A stretch of 64,000 nt of DNA, from positions 3,448,982 to 3,512,981 of the forward strand of contig JBNZDD010013700.1 in NCBI GenBank assembly GCA_050575255.1, in the 5' to 3' direction. A program made the translations under genes and the position numbers. Positions 49,925 through 61,642 of this stretch are shown piece after piece (the first letter of the stretch is position 1; each line of letters begins with the position of its first letter). This DNA comes from Harriotta raleighana (taxonomy: Eukaryota). The notes beneath the pieces were generated by a model that did no database searches, was not told the DNA's origin, and worked only from the letters and a program-made list of their open reading frames with translations.

Positions 49925-50831
49925 ACATGTATGTGATTTTACAAGTGTGTGTGTACATACATAAAATACACTTTAAAACACCAGATATTTTTCAAGCATT
50001 GATAGAACTTCGATTCTAAAGCTTTGAGAAGTCCTGGAATCAATAAAATGCTTCAACAAAAGGCTGTGCTTGCTTATGAATTCAGCATGTGTGGATTACG
50101 GCATAGTAATTGGACTCAACCGCAGCAAAAAGAGTCTCACACATGTGAGCAGCAAGGTCAATTTACCCCCAATTGAAGCCATGCACTCTGTGGCAACCCC
50201 CCACTGCCACCCCACCCCCCCATCAGTGGTGAAATTTAATTGAATAAATTCCCTAGTGGTTGTGATATACTGCTTCGCTTCAATATCCTGCTCTGAGCAG
50301 GGTGCTGGCGAACACAGAAACCAGAAGTTGAGGCGAGATCAGGGTGTCGTCGATAAAGGATCTTCACAGTAGGCCAATATCCACCTTTTATGATCCTCCT
50401 GGGTCCAAACTCACACAATAGTGCTATTGAACACAAGGCCATGAAGGAGTTGGGAACAAAGCAGGGATGTTGTCACTGCTTACTGCAACTTCCCATTGAA
50501 GTGAACAACTCTTGAATGGCACAGCCTTTTTTCTAATTCAGTTCCCCTTTTCATCTTGGGAACATAAAAATCACAGTGATGACGCAGTATTTGAAAGTTC
50601 AGTACTAGATGGTCGTGTTCGTCTCAAGCCCGATAGTTCCAGAGTAATTGTGTCTGGGTGTACTCTTATCTGCTGGGTATTTTGTGTGTGATGTCAGTCT
50701 TAACCTTTGAAACCCATTTCATTTATTTAGTAAAAGAACTGACAAAAAAATCTTCAAAATTAAAAATATATTCAGCTACTTTTATTTTTATTTAGCTATT
50801 CAGCTAAAATATATTCAGAATAAAAATATAT

Positions 50832-51155
50832 TCAGTAGTTAGAGCACTCACCTCACAAGTGAAAGGATCTGGGTTTGAAGCCCAGGCAGGGCAAACCGTT
50901 AGACAAGTTTCCTTACTCCACATGACTCCATTTATCTAGCTGTATGTAGGAACCTGGTTGTTACTCAATTGGCAGACCTCTTAAAAACAATTATTTCATC
51001 CATCCACAACTGTTTGTGGGATACTACTTTGTACAATTGGTTGCCATGTTTCTCCCAGAAAGTATACAGTCAATTCACTTCACAGTATATTCTGTGAATG
51101 ACTTTGAGATGTCTCGAAGACATGATAACAAATATATCAAATGCAAGGATGATTT
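50832..51155 (+). mobile_element. Younger tRNA-DeuSINE
   Basis: TCAGTAGTTAGAGCACTCACC head, Deu core, and TATCAAATGCAAGGATG tail. Confidence 0.85.
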
Positions 51156-51500
51156 TTTTTTTGCTAAATTCAGGATTCTCTGAAATAATCAGAGTCATTC
51201 TAAATTTGGGTGAAATTTCCGATCCACTCTGATGTGTGTCTTAGGTCCCATCTCTCAGGGAGGTTCATCTTTTATGGTTAATTTATTCAGTTGCGTTGAG
51301 AGGAACTGGACAATAGTTTCCTCATTAATATTGAATTTTGGTGAGTTTCAATCAGCTTACTTCTCATTTTAATAAAAAAAAGTAAAAGAAAAGAATTTTA
51401 TTCTCTTGATCAACCTGGGGTCCAACAGAGAAGTGACTTGGAAATCAGAACCTGAAGTCACCATAAACCCTTTAATAAATCTGCCTATATTTGATTGTAT

Positions 51501-54099
51501 CCCGGTATATAGCTAAAGACCTATTACAGTATTTCCTATTGAATCCAGCTTGTATACATTATTGGACAAAACAATGGAACTTTTTTTGCACTGCAAGCAT
51601 TTTTATATAGTAATACAACAGCCCCCACTCTTTCTTCCTGCATGACCCTATATTTTCACTTTACCACAAAGGATTGTGCTTATCTTCTATTAGAGTGAAG
51701 ATACTGTCATTTTATTTAATCCAAAATACAATGTAGATTCACTTGGTCTTTTAATTCAAACTTTACAAATCAACCTTTTAAAATCTGCCCAATCACTTTT
51801 CCAGAATCCTTTAATCCTTGTATCAACCATATTCAATTGTCACTTAGGTTCTTAAAGCAATTTGCAATATCTGCAATGTTTTTTATTCACCACAGCTCCT
51901 TTAATTTCATTCCAATATTTCTGAGAGTGAAAATAGGTTTTGGGAAAATGGGTATCAGGGCCTGGAAAAATAGTGTACCTCAAATAATAATAATCCTTGC
52001 ATTTGATATAGCGCTTTTCACATCTTATCGATGTCTCAAAGCGTTTCACAGAATTGATTGTATTTGTGGGCGAAACACGACAGCCAAATGTCCCACAAAC
52101 AATCGTGGATTGAAAATGACCAATTTTATTATTTGCAGGTTTTTTTGGAGGGAGTATTATTAGGTGTATGGAGTAAGGAAACTTGCCCAAATCCTGATCA
52201 ACCTGGTGAATTTAGTTAATCCCACATGGGACCTGAGGTTTAATTCTAGTTTTAATTCTGTGTCTCTCCACTCTTCTGTTTACCCTTCTCAGGTTGATAA
52301 AATAAGTGCCACGTTGGAAAAATAAAATTCCAGGGCAGAGTGGGGAAGTTCCCCTTGGAGCTGAAGTGGTAGATATGTGGAATGAAACACTCCTAAGTCT
52401 AAACTAGTGATTATCAGGGCAGAGTTCTCTTAACAATGAGCTCCCACACGGAGGAAGGGAGAGACTAATTTTCAATAATACTATGTGAGCTGTGCTCTAA
52501 TTCATGCAATGTAGCCCATGTGATCCCTTAAACCTGTGAGAATTACACTCATGGAGTAAATCTCCAGGAAGCCCAAAGGCCTTTTTCGTAGTTCAGTCTC
52601 AACCCGTATCCTGCTCTCTCTGTTCCTGGCTCCCACTCAGATTCTCCTCATCATCCCCAGCTCTTGATCTACATTTTGTAATGGTACTTGACAAACCTTC
52701 AGTAAGCACTTGTTGAGTCGCCAATTTGTCTCTTGGGGTGGGAGGGGCTGTTATAGTTGAGTTGATTGGGTCATTGGATGAGTACAGTCAGAGGAAAGGN
52801 CCCGGTATATAGCTAAAGACCTATTACAGTATTTCCTATTGAATCCAGCTTGTATACATTATTGGACAAAACAATGGAACTTTTTTTGCACTGCAAGCAT
52901 TTTTATATAGTAATACAACAGCCCCCACTCTTTCTTCCTGCATGACCCTATATTTTCACTTTACCACAAAGGATTGTGCTTATCTTCTATTAGAGTGAAG
53001 ATACTGTCATTTTATTTAATCCAAAATACAATGTAGATTCACTTGGTCTTTTAATTCAAACTTTACAAATCAACCTTTTAAAATCTGCCCAATCACTTTT
53101 CCAGAATCCTTTAATCCTTGTATCAACCATATTCAATTGTCACTTAGGTTCTTAAAGCAATTTGCAATATCTGCAATGTTTTTTATTCACCACAGCTCCT
53201 TTAATTTCATTCCAATATTTCTGAGAGTGAAAATAGGTTTTGGGAAAATGGGTATCAGGGCCTGGAAAAATAGTGTACCTCAAATAATAATAATCCTTGC
53301 ATTTGATATAGCGCTTTTCACATCTTATCGATGTCTCAAAGCATTTCACAGAATTGATTGTATTTGTGGGCGAAACACGACAGCCAAATGTCCCACAAAC
53401 AATCATGGATTGAAAATGACCAATTTTATTATTTGCAGGTTTTTTTGGAGGGAGTATTATTAGGTGTATGGAGTAAGGAAACTTGCCCAAATCCTGATCA
53501 ACCTGGTGAATTTAGTTAATCCCACATGGGACCTGAGGTTTAATTCTAGGTTTAATTCTGTGTCTCTCCACTCTTCTGTTTACCCTTCTCAGGTTGATAA
53601 AATAAGTGCCACGTTGGAAAAATAAAATTCCAGGGCAGAGTGGGGAAGTTCCCCTTGGAGCTGAAGTGGTAGATATGTGGAATGAAACACTCCTAAGTCT
53701 AAACTAGTGATTATCAGGGCAGATTTCTCTTAACAATGAGCTCCCACACGGAGGAAGGGAGAGACTAATTTTCAATAATACTATGTGAGCTGTGCTCTAA
53801 TTCATGCAATGTAGCCCATGTGATCCCTTAAACCTGTGAGAATTACACTCATGGAGTAAATCTCCAGGAAGCCCAAAGGCCTTTTTCGTAGTTCAGTCTC
53901 AACCCGTATCCTGCTCTCTCTGTTCCTGGCTCCCACTCAGATTCTCCTCATCATCCCCAGCTCTTGATCTACATTTTGTAATGGTACTTGACAAACCTTC
54001 AGTAAGCACTTGTTGAGTCGCCAATTTGTCTCTTGGGGTGGGAGGGGCTGTTATAGTTGAGTTGATTGGGTCATTGGATGAGTACAGTCAGAGGAAAGG
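51501..54099. repeat. 1299-bp direct duplication (51501-52799 and 52801-54099) around a single N; probable assembly artefact
   Basis: N at 52800; the copies differ at the four positions found (52043/53343, 52105/53405, 52250/53550, 52424/53724). Confidence 0.9.
51982..52190 (-). mobile_element. Younger DeuSINE without head (duplicated at 53282-53490)
   Basis: AATAATAATCCTTGCATTTGATATAGCGCTTTTCAC...GGAGTAAGGAAACTTGCCCAA. Confidence 0.85.
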
Positions 54100-54737
54100 T
54101 GTTAGAAACCATGGAGAAAGATCAGGGAATTGGGATTGGAATGGATAGCTTCTTAGAGAAACAAACACACAAATTTGAAAAAAGGAAATGAATGCCCTCC
54201 TTCTGTATCATACATTTCTATAGTTATAACATGTAGAAGTGTAGACATGTCTTCAAAACAAATGAATCAAAGTTCCAATATGTCAGATGTTTCTAAGTAG
54301 GAGAATAGTTCTCAAATAGTGCAATGGAATCTTTAACATCCACCTGATGGGATTTCAGTGTAATGGCTCATTTGAAAGCAATGAGCCTCTGTCACTGCAG
54401 TGCTTCCCCAGCATTGCAATTGAATACCATCCTGCAATGTGAATTCAAAACTTGACCTTGGGACTGCGAACCCCAGAGGCTAGAGGGCAAGCAAGATCCT
54501 GGGAATGGAGTGAAAGACGAGATAGTCAGCATTGAAAGGCTAGCTTCACACAATGGAGTACACAGCTGAAAGATTATAGTGTGTGTTTGTCAATATGTGT
54601 ATAAGGAAACTGGTTGAGAAAAAACATACACTCATTTGAAAGTATGCTAAATGACTCTATTCGTCAATCAAGCAGAGCGGTAAAACTTGCCATTCAACAA
54701 AAATAATATGGGCGAATTCCCAACAATGAGTTTTCCA

Positions 54738-54995
54738 GGCATCTCATATTGCTTCACAAAACGTACTGTAAAGTGAATTGACTTTATATTTGTGGGAGAA
54801 TCATAGCAGCCAATAGCGCACAGCCGTGTCGCACAAATAGTCGGGGATTGAGTGATCCAATTTTTATTTTTTTTAATTCTTGAGAGTTTATTATCAGGCA
54901 TGTGGAGTAAGGAACTTGTCTAAAAATACACCCTGCTGGGAATCGAGCCCAGCTCTCACGCTTGTAAGGTGAGTACTCTAACGAATCTCAGGACT
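54738..54995 (-). mobile_element. Younger tRNA-DeuSINE
   Basis: Deu core and head CTGCTGGGAATCGAGCCCAG...GAGTACTCTAAC. Confidence 0.8.
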
Positions 54996-55188
54996 TCACA
55001 TCTCTTGAAGAAGTCTCAAAGTGCTTCATAGAATATAGAGTAAAACCTTGTTTATCCGTGACCCGATCAACCGGATTGCTCGACCTCTCCCGCGGCAATT
55101 CCCCATTCCATCAATCGCGAGTTTGCGCACTTTGCACATGCATGCAATGCGTGGGCATGCATACTTATTAAACTTACGAACTTGCGTA

Positions 55189-55809
55189 CAGGCAGTCCTC
55201 TAGTTACGACGTTCCGAGATACGACAATTCGAAGTTACGACGCTTAATATCAGTAAAATTACGTCCGAGTTCCATCCAAAGTCTCGAAGTTACGACACTG
55301 CTACATAAATACTTTAGTTCCCCATGCGCGATAGAAAACTGGAGTCGCCGCTCTCAACACTTACGGGACCACGATACGCGTTTGGGACAGGAACAGGATG
55401 GAGGCGAGACGCGAGTGTGTACTGTACAGGTACTGTGTGAGTCCGTGAGCTCGGCGGTACAGTATTCTCGAGCTTTTAGACTGCGCTACGTCGCGTGTGA
55501 TCTCCTGTGTTGCGCTACGTCGCGTGTGATCTCCTGTGTTGCGCTACGTCGCGTGTGATCTCCTGTGTTGCGCTACATCGAGTGCCAGACTCACAATGAA
55601 GCCATGTAAGTACATAGTAATATTTTATTTTATTTACAGAACTGTACATATTAGGAGGGGTGCAGGGGAGAGAGGGCAGCCCACTATACACTACAACCAA
55701 TCACTGTATGTTACTGTAAGCATTATAGGGGGGTGACTCGACTTACATACAAATTCGACTTGCATCACATCTTAGGAACCTAACCCTGACGTAACTTGAG
55801 GACTGCCTG
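55189..55809. mobile_element. Second Tigger-like MITE, nested
   Basis: TA|CAGGCAGTCCTCTAGTTACG ... CGTAACTTGAGGACTGCCTG|TA; very CpG-rich. Confidence 0.9.
55482..55580. repeat. 29-bp tandem repeat, 3 copies plus a partial
   Basis: Unit TGCGCTACGTCGCGTGTGATCTCCTGTGT. Confidence 0.92.
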
Positions 55810-57289
55810 TATTTACCAATCGGTAAAAAATACTTTTTTACTGATCGTTTTACCGAGTGTGCTGGAATGCTTCATTGGTAATTATCCATACAATATTCTG
55901 TTACTATTTAGTCTATTATTAACATGGTATGTTTTTAAATAAGTTAATTTTTATGTTGGGTTTTCAGCAAACCCAACTTTTATACGCACAGTCACCCCCT
56001 TTTATACGCACAGTCAATTAGTCGACCCTCCCCCCAGCGTGCCGGATAAACAAGGTTTTACTGTAAAGTGAATTGGCTGTATATTTTGTGTGTGAAACAT
56101 AGCAGCCAATTGTGCACAGTAATGTTCCACAAACTGTCATGGATTGAGTGACCCCTTTTTTCTTTACAGGATTATTACCCCCGGAAAACCAATCCGCCAA
56201 TGAATTAACAACCAGTTTCCTACTTACTGCTGGGTAAACGGAATTGAACCCAGATCCTCTCGCATCCAAGGCGAGTTCTCCAAATACTGAACTACAAGAC
56301 TGCATGACAAAGCAAAGTTCACTATCAAAGGGAAGTCACAGACACTGGGGACGTGGATGGCGTTGTTGGCTGACTGCCTGTTCCCACCCACTTGCTTCGA
56401 GGAGATACCACAAGATGCGACCCACCCGAAACGTTCACTATGCGTGATGGAACAATGGGTGTTTATTGTAAAGCACAGTAGCCACATTGTCCCTGTGGCA
56501 CGAGAAGGGCTGACACAGATCTCTCCGGCGTACAGCCCTACTTTTGTACTCCAACTACAAACAGGACTCTGACATTCTGCTCTTGGCAGGATAAAGGGAA
56601 GTGGGCTTTCGCAAACAATTCCCGTTTCAAAGGAGCCTTTAATTTTGTGGGGCTAGCCCAGGCTGGAGTAAACATCAGCCACCGCACTTACATAACCGGC
56701 CATTGTTTGCAGAGCCTCAGCTGCCTTTCCAAAACACAAAGTACTGGAGTTGATGAGAAATGTGCTTCAATGCGAGACGTGGAGGAGAAGTTAATTATAG
56801 ACATATTTAGAGGTGGCTCTCCTTTTCTTCCTAACTTTCAGCTCTTTCATGACATACTTTTCAATAAGAATCACAGTCACAAGAGAAGTTTGGATAAAGA
56901 AGTTCCTTTTGACCCACGTTAAATCATCCTTCTAGATATCCCACCATCTTTCCATTACAGCATCAAACTGTTTCTTAAATGAGTCCAGTGTCCTGGCCTC
57001 AATAAACCTCCTCTGATAACCTGTTTTGTGGTTGACTTCAGTTCGCCAACATTGCTAAGTAAGGTTGGGTAGCTCACTCCTCTCCTGGATTCCCATTCGA
57101 GCATTGTTCCAATGGTTGGTTGAAGGTGGTTTAGTGTTCTGACTGCCTTGCTGCCTAGAAAGCTATAATTCCGGTTGGCATTCCAGATGCTGAGTTTGAT
57201 AATGTCCAATTGTGCCAAAGTAATGGGTGTTCGGCCATGAAACTAGTTACTAAATATTAAAGGAAATTCTCCCAGTTTTTATATAAATA

Positions 57290-57590
57290 ACAATCTTTGC
57301 ATTTATTATAGTGCCTTGTCACATCGTCTACATGTTTCAATGAAATGCCTGCAGCCAGGGTGAGTGCTCTAACTACTGAGCTACAGGACTCCACAATGGA
57401 GTGAGTGATCAATATTATTAGGGGTATTATTGGCCAAGTCACTGGAAGAAACTCTCTTTTCTTTTCAAATAGCGCCATGGGATGTTTAACATGCACCTGA
57501 ACAGGCAGACAGTCTTGAAATGGGGCTTAAACCTGGGGCATTCAAACTCAATAGACAGCGGACGACCGAGATGAGCTAGGCTGACAATTT
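57290..57590 (-). mobile_element. Deleted younger DeuSINE (57290-57392) abutting an old DeuSINE relic
   Basis: GAGTGCTCTAACTACTGAGCTACAGGACTCC; TTCAAATAGCGCCATGGGATGTTTAACATGCACCTGAACAGGCAGAC. Confidence 0.65.
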
Positions 57591-58376
57591 CTAGAGCTGC
57601 CTACAGTTCTGTTGAAATGATTACAATTATTGTTGTGAAATGCTGCAAATTTCCCCATCTGGAAGAAACTTCAGTCTTCAAGGAAATATATCGTAAAACT
57701 GGGTTAGGCATTTTCTTTTTGATTGACAAGTTAAATGATAAATTAATTGTTTTCGATGTTGGCTCCACTTTCGGGAAGTACTCACCGCACATTTTATAGT
57801 TAAATCCCCGGTTTACAATTTTGCTACTCTATCATATATCAGTCCAGGACAATACCAGTGCACAGGCCAACTCTATTTTCTTCATATACATTTAAGGATT
57901 TAAAAACCCATCACACAGTGGCTGACAATTCTTTTCCATATAGTGCTGGACTGTGCAGAGCTAACATCCAACTAGGACGATCCTATTCTTTAGGGCTTTG
58001 TCTTGCAGGAGCTGTGGGAAGAATCCCTACCCCCAGTGACTGGTCTGCCCCTCAAACTCCCACCGATGAGCTGTACTGTTATCAGTGCTTCCTGGCTTAG
58101 CAACCAGACTGCTAAGCAAAGTACTGCATAATATGCAAAAAAAAACATTTTTTCCCTGGTGGATATTGTAAAGGTTTTAGATTTCAGATTCCTTCAGAGT
58201 TTATTTCATAAGGTGCATCAATTGTTTTCAGTTTTTATTGACAATTCCTTCAAAACTACAAATAGTAGAAAATGGTGTGGACCGATCATTTTCCACTTCA
58301 ATTTAAAGCTATGATAGTGCAGTTTGAAGCATTTCTCAAAAATATAAAGGGTGGTGGTTTCAGGCTTTTTCATATA

Positions 58377-58633
58377 CAGTAAAAGCCCGTTTATCCGTCA
58401 CTCGATGAACCGGAACATCCGTATAACCGGCATGTCTAAAAAAAGTCCCCATCCGTTAAACCGCAACTTATCCGGTAGAATAGAGGTGGCGCATTTAATG
58501 AATCGATTGTCGCACAAGAGTACTGTACAGGTATTTCAGCTTGCTGTTATTAGCGCCTGAAAGTCAGGCAAAAAAAAGAAAGTCCCGCTGTCGTTTTTTT
58601 CCCTCGCGTGGCGGCCGCCATTGAGGAAGTTAG
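58377..58633. mobile_element. One arm of the Tigger-like MITE (reverse complement of the right half of 18355-18865)
   Basis: TA|CAGTAAAAGCCCGTTTATCCG; AAAAAAGTCCCCATCCG.TAAACCGCA; GCATTTAATGAATCGATTGTCGCA. Confidence 0.85.
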
Positions 58634-58976
58634 CAATAGACTACCCAACAACAACAACAACTTTGATTTATATAGCGCCCTCCCCGCTGGGTGGCGTCTC
58701 AGAGCTCTCAGAGTGTCCTCACCCGCACCAAGCTCTACAACCACATCACTCCCACCCTCACCNTTAGCGCCTGAAAGTCAGGCAAAAAAAAGAAAGTCCC
58801 GCTGTCGTTTTTTTCCCTCGCGTGGCGGCCGCCATTGAGGAAGTTAGCAATAGACTACCCAACAACAACAACAACTTTGATTTATATAGCGCCCTCCCCG
58901 CTGGGTGGCGTCTCAGAGCTCTCAGAGTGTCCTCACCCGCACCAAGCTCTACAACCACATCACTCCCACCCTCACC
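58550..58976. repeat. 213-bp duplication around a single N (58763); probable assembly artefact
   Basis: 58550-58762 is repeated at 58764-58976. Confidence 0.9.
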
Positions 58977-59268
58977 CAGCTCCATTGGCTCCTCATCCCC
59001 ACAGAGGATCTAATTCAAGATCCTCGTCCTCACTTTCAAGGCCATTCGTGCCCTCCCTTGCTTCCTTCAAGGTCGGTTTCAAGACCCTTCTCTTCGATCG
59101 TGCCTTCTGCTACCCTCCCAACTCTCTCCCTCCTCTCCTAACTCTCTCCTGCCCCTCCCTCCTAACCTGCCCCTCTCCCTTGCTCAGGACCCAGTCTGAC
59201 TGTTCAGCTCCTTGGGATGTCCTCCCAATGTGAAAGAAACTCTATAAATCTAATTTTGTTGTTGTTGT
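58861..59268 (+). mobile_element. L2 3' fragment (about 58925-59268, +) with an inverted variant tail (58861-58921, -) at its 5' end
   Basis: VLTRTKLYNHITPTLTQLHWL; FKVGFKTLLFDRAF; (TTG)n tail; preceded by (CAA)n TTTGATTTATATAGCGCCCTCCCCGCTGGGTGGCGTCTCAGAGCTCT. Confidence 0.85.
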
Positions 59269-59699
59269 AGTTTAATGTAATTTTTTGTGGGATGGTAGGG
59301 GGGAGCGCTTGTTACTAGTATTGGCTTCTGAAAGTGGAAAAGGTAAACATCCCATATCACTGACAACTCTTACCTTAATAAGAATATGAATTCATCTACA
59401 ATAAATGTTTTAACAGGAGATTGGCAAATACACTGATGAATACATGGCTGAACGACAAATTTACTTCTTCGGACTTCTTTTTTACCTTCAGGCTTTTCAT
59501 CCTGCAGACATCACTGTGAATATCTGAAGGTCAAGTTCTAAGTGCTGATAGACACTTTAATTCATGGCTTTTATTTTTTCTCCTCATGAGACAGGAACCC
59601 ATGGAATTCCTATCCATTTCTCTACCCGTGCATCTGACTACCCAACAGTGTTGAGCATCATTTATTCAGTGAGAATTGATTCACTCATTCCCTGAAACC

Positions 59700-59960
59700 T
59701 CCCTACCTCTCCTACCTTCTCATTCCCCAATCCACCACCCAGGGCCTCTGCTTGACTGGAACCGGCCTCCTGCTCATCTCTCGCACCACCTGCCCCTCCA
59801 TCGGAGGACGTGCTTTCAACCATTACACCCCACCACTCTCTCTCAACCCTGCCTTGTCCCTTCTTTCTTCTGTTTCAGGTCCTGCCTGAAAACCTACCTC
59901 TTCGACCTCGCTTATGGCCACCTCCCTCCCTCCACCCAACTCCCACCCCCGGCTCCATGA
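59700..59960 (+). mobile_element. Old L2 3' fragment
   Basis: CCATCGGAGGACGTGCTTTCAACCAT; FRSCLKTYLFDLAY. Confidence 0.7.
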
Positions 59961-60829
59961 CTCCTGCGTGGAGCGTAGCATCTCTCCGTAAGTTGTTGTC
60001 AAACCTTTTAGATTGCTTTGTTAAGTGAAACTATGCCTCTCACAGCAAGTCTCTAAAATTGAGAGAAGAGGGGGGCAAATCTGGGTGTTCGCATTGTATC
60101 TCTGGCATTGTGATACTTTTTTGCTAAAGTGCAGCTCCACCCATCAATACTGTACAACTGTTAAATGCTAAGAGATGTCACTTTGTACATGTAAAATTAT
60201 GTAATGGGCTGGAACAAGTTCATCTTCATGATCCAGTGAGTACAGGCTTGCTGAAGGTAAACAGTTCTTCTGTTTACACAGTAAGCTTCATACACACAGG
60301 CTTTTATCTCCCTTGCTGCCTCATATATTTTGATGCCTAAACATGCACACAGATCAGAGAGGCCTAGGCCGGTCAAGCAGAGGCACCGGGTGATGGATTG
60401 GGGATTGAGAAGGTCGGAGAGGTAGGGAATGTTTCAGGGAGTGAGTGAGTGAGTGAATAAAGTCTCACTGAATAAATGATGCTCAACGCTGTTGGGAGAT
60501 CACTGTATGCATGAATAAAAGTTACAATGTGAGCATATTAAGCCATGTTTGCAGCAACTACTTGCAAATATTAGAATATTACCTCTTTGCAGTTATTGTG
60601 GCACATTTATGTAGAATTACATAGAACCTACAGCATCAAATTCAACAAAGCTAGTCTGTGTTAATCATTATACTCCATGAGCATCCATCATTTTTAATTC
60701 CCCCTCTCTAGCTTCCCCCATATCCTATTCCCTTCTCTCTCATGCATACAACACACAATTTACCGCCAGTAATAAATTAAGCCATTATGCAATAGCTTAG
60801 GTCAAATAGTATTAATTTGTGATTTATAA

Positions 60830-61070
60830 GATCCTAATGATCTTATAGAGTTTCTCCCCTCCTATCTTACTTCTTTTCACTTTATTTTATTGGTCAACAT
60901 TGTCTGACACACTTTGCTGCTCCAATGCCATACCTGAGTGAGCAAGTAATAAAACTGTGGAATAGGCTCCCAGGGAAGAGGGTAGAAGCAGAAATTGTTG
61001 ATTCTGTCAGGAATTAATTAGTTAGATATATGTTAGAAAATAATATCTCGGGATACAATACATAATTTGG
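60830..61070 (+). mobile_element. Old CR1 3' fragment (an opposite-strand CR1 tail relic lies at about 60612-60745)
   Basis: GAGCAAGTAATAAAACTGTGGAATAGGCTCCCAGGGAAGAGGGTAGAAGCAGAAA (..VIKLWNRLP..VEA). Confidence 0.55.
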
Positions 61071-61282
61071 GACACGACATGTCATGTGACTTCCAGGATG
61101 GTGGAATGCAAACTGGATGAACTTTGGTCTTCTTTTGCCTAACAAATTCTTATCTTCTTATAATTAAGAATATACAAAATCAGGACGAAATTTCAGGCAA
61201 AAAAACAGGGCAAGTGTGGAAAATAGAAATAAACGTAGATGGTGTACGTGGACAAGTGCATAGTTTTCCACTTTTCCACCAG

Positions 61283-61419
61283 GTAGATGGAAAGATGCTG
61301 CTGATAAATGAACAGTCTCCAGCTAAGAGTAGTGGTTCAACGAGATCACAGAGTAGTAGTTCAAGGAGTAGTGATTCAATGAGATCACAGAGTTCTATCT
61401 TTGGTTCCCCGTTTTTCAT
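61283..61419 (+). other. Candidate 137-bp exon, Ser-rich in phase 0 (VDGKMLLINEQSPAKSSGSTRSQSSSSRSSDSMRSQSSIFGSPFF), gene unknown
   Basis: Acceptor TTTTCCACTTTTCCACCAG| and donor CAT|GTAAGT; open frame; unique sequence. Confidence 0.4.
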
Positions 61420-61469
61420 GTAAGTTATAAGAAGGAGGACATTTCCTGCTGTAGTACAACATTTCCTGC

Positions 61470-61642
61470 CTTCAACTCCCCTCTCGACTCTCTACCCACT
61501 CCTTGCTCCTACCCTTCTCCCCCCTCGCCCTGAACATTTTCCCTTGCTCGGGTCCTGAACCAATCTGTCCAGCGCCTTGGGACGTCCTCCTGACGTGAAA
61601 CGCGCTCTATAAGTGTAATTTTGTTGTTGTTGTTGTTGTTGC
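61470..61642 (+). mobile_element. L2 3' UTR and tail
   Basis: CTGTCCAGCGCCTTGGGACGTCCTCCTGACGTGAAACGCGCTCTATAAGTGTAATTTTG followed by (TTG)n. Confidence 0.85.

Larger units (their letters stand above)
55038..56063. mobile_element. Tigger/pogo-like MITE (inverted relative to 10511-10922), interrupted by a second MITE
   Basis: TA|GAGTAAAACCTTGTTTATCCG ... CGGATAAACAAGGTTTTACTG|TA; interior matches the reverse complement of 10600-10810. Confidence 0.88.
54998..56300 (-). mobile_element. DeuSINE split by nested MITEs (pieces 54998-55037 and 56064-56300)
   Basis: GTCTCAAAGTGCTTCATAGAATATA on the left continues as TAAAGTGAATTGGCTGTATATTT on the right. Confidence 0.8.

Noticed and set aside
51837-53490. 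Tandemly duplicated 108-112 aa genes
   Set aside because: The ORFs run through SINE sequence and the duplication is a probable assembly artefact.
56357-56572. 71-aa ORF as a first coding exon; CCCGAAACGTT as a hammerhead remnant
   Set aside because: No good donor site or homology, and no upstream CTGANGA box.
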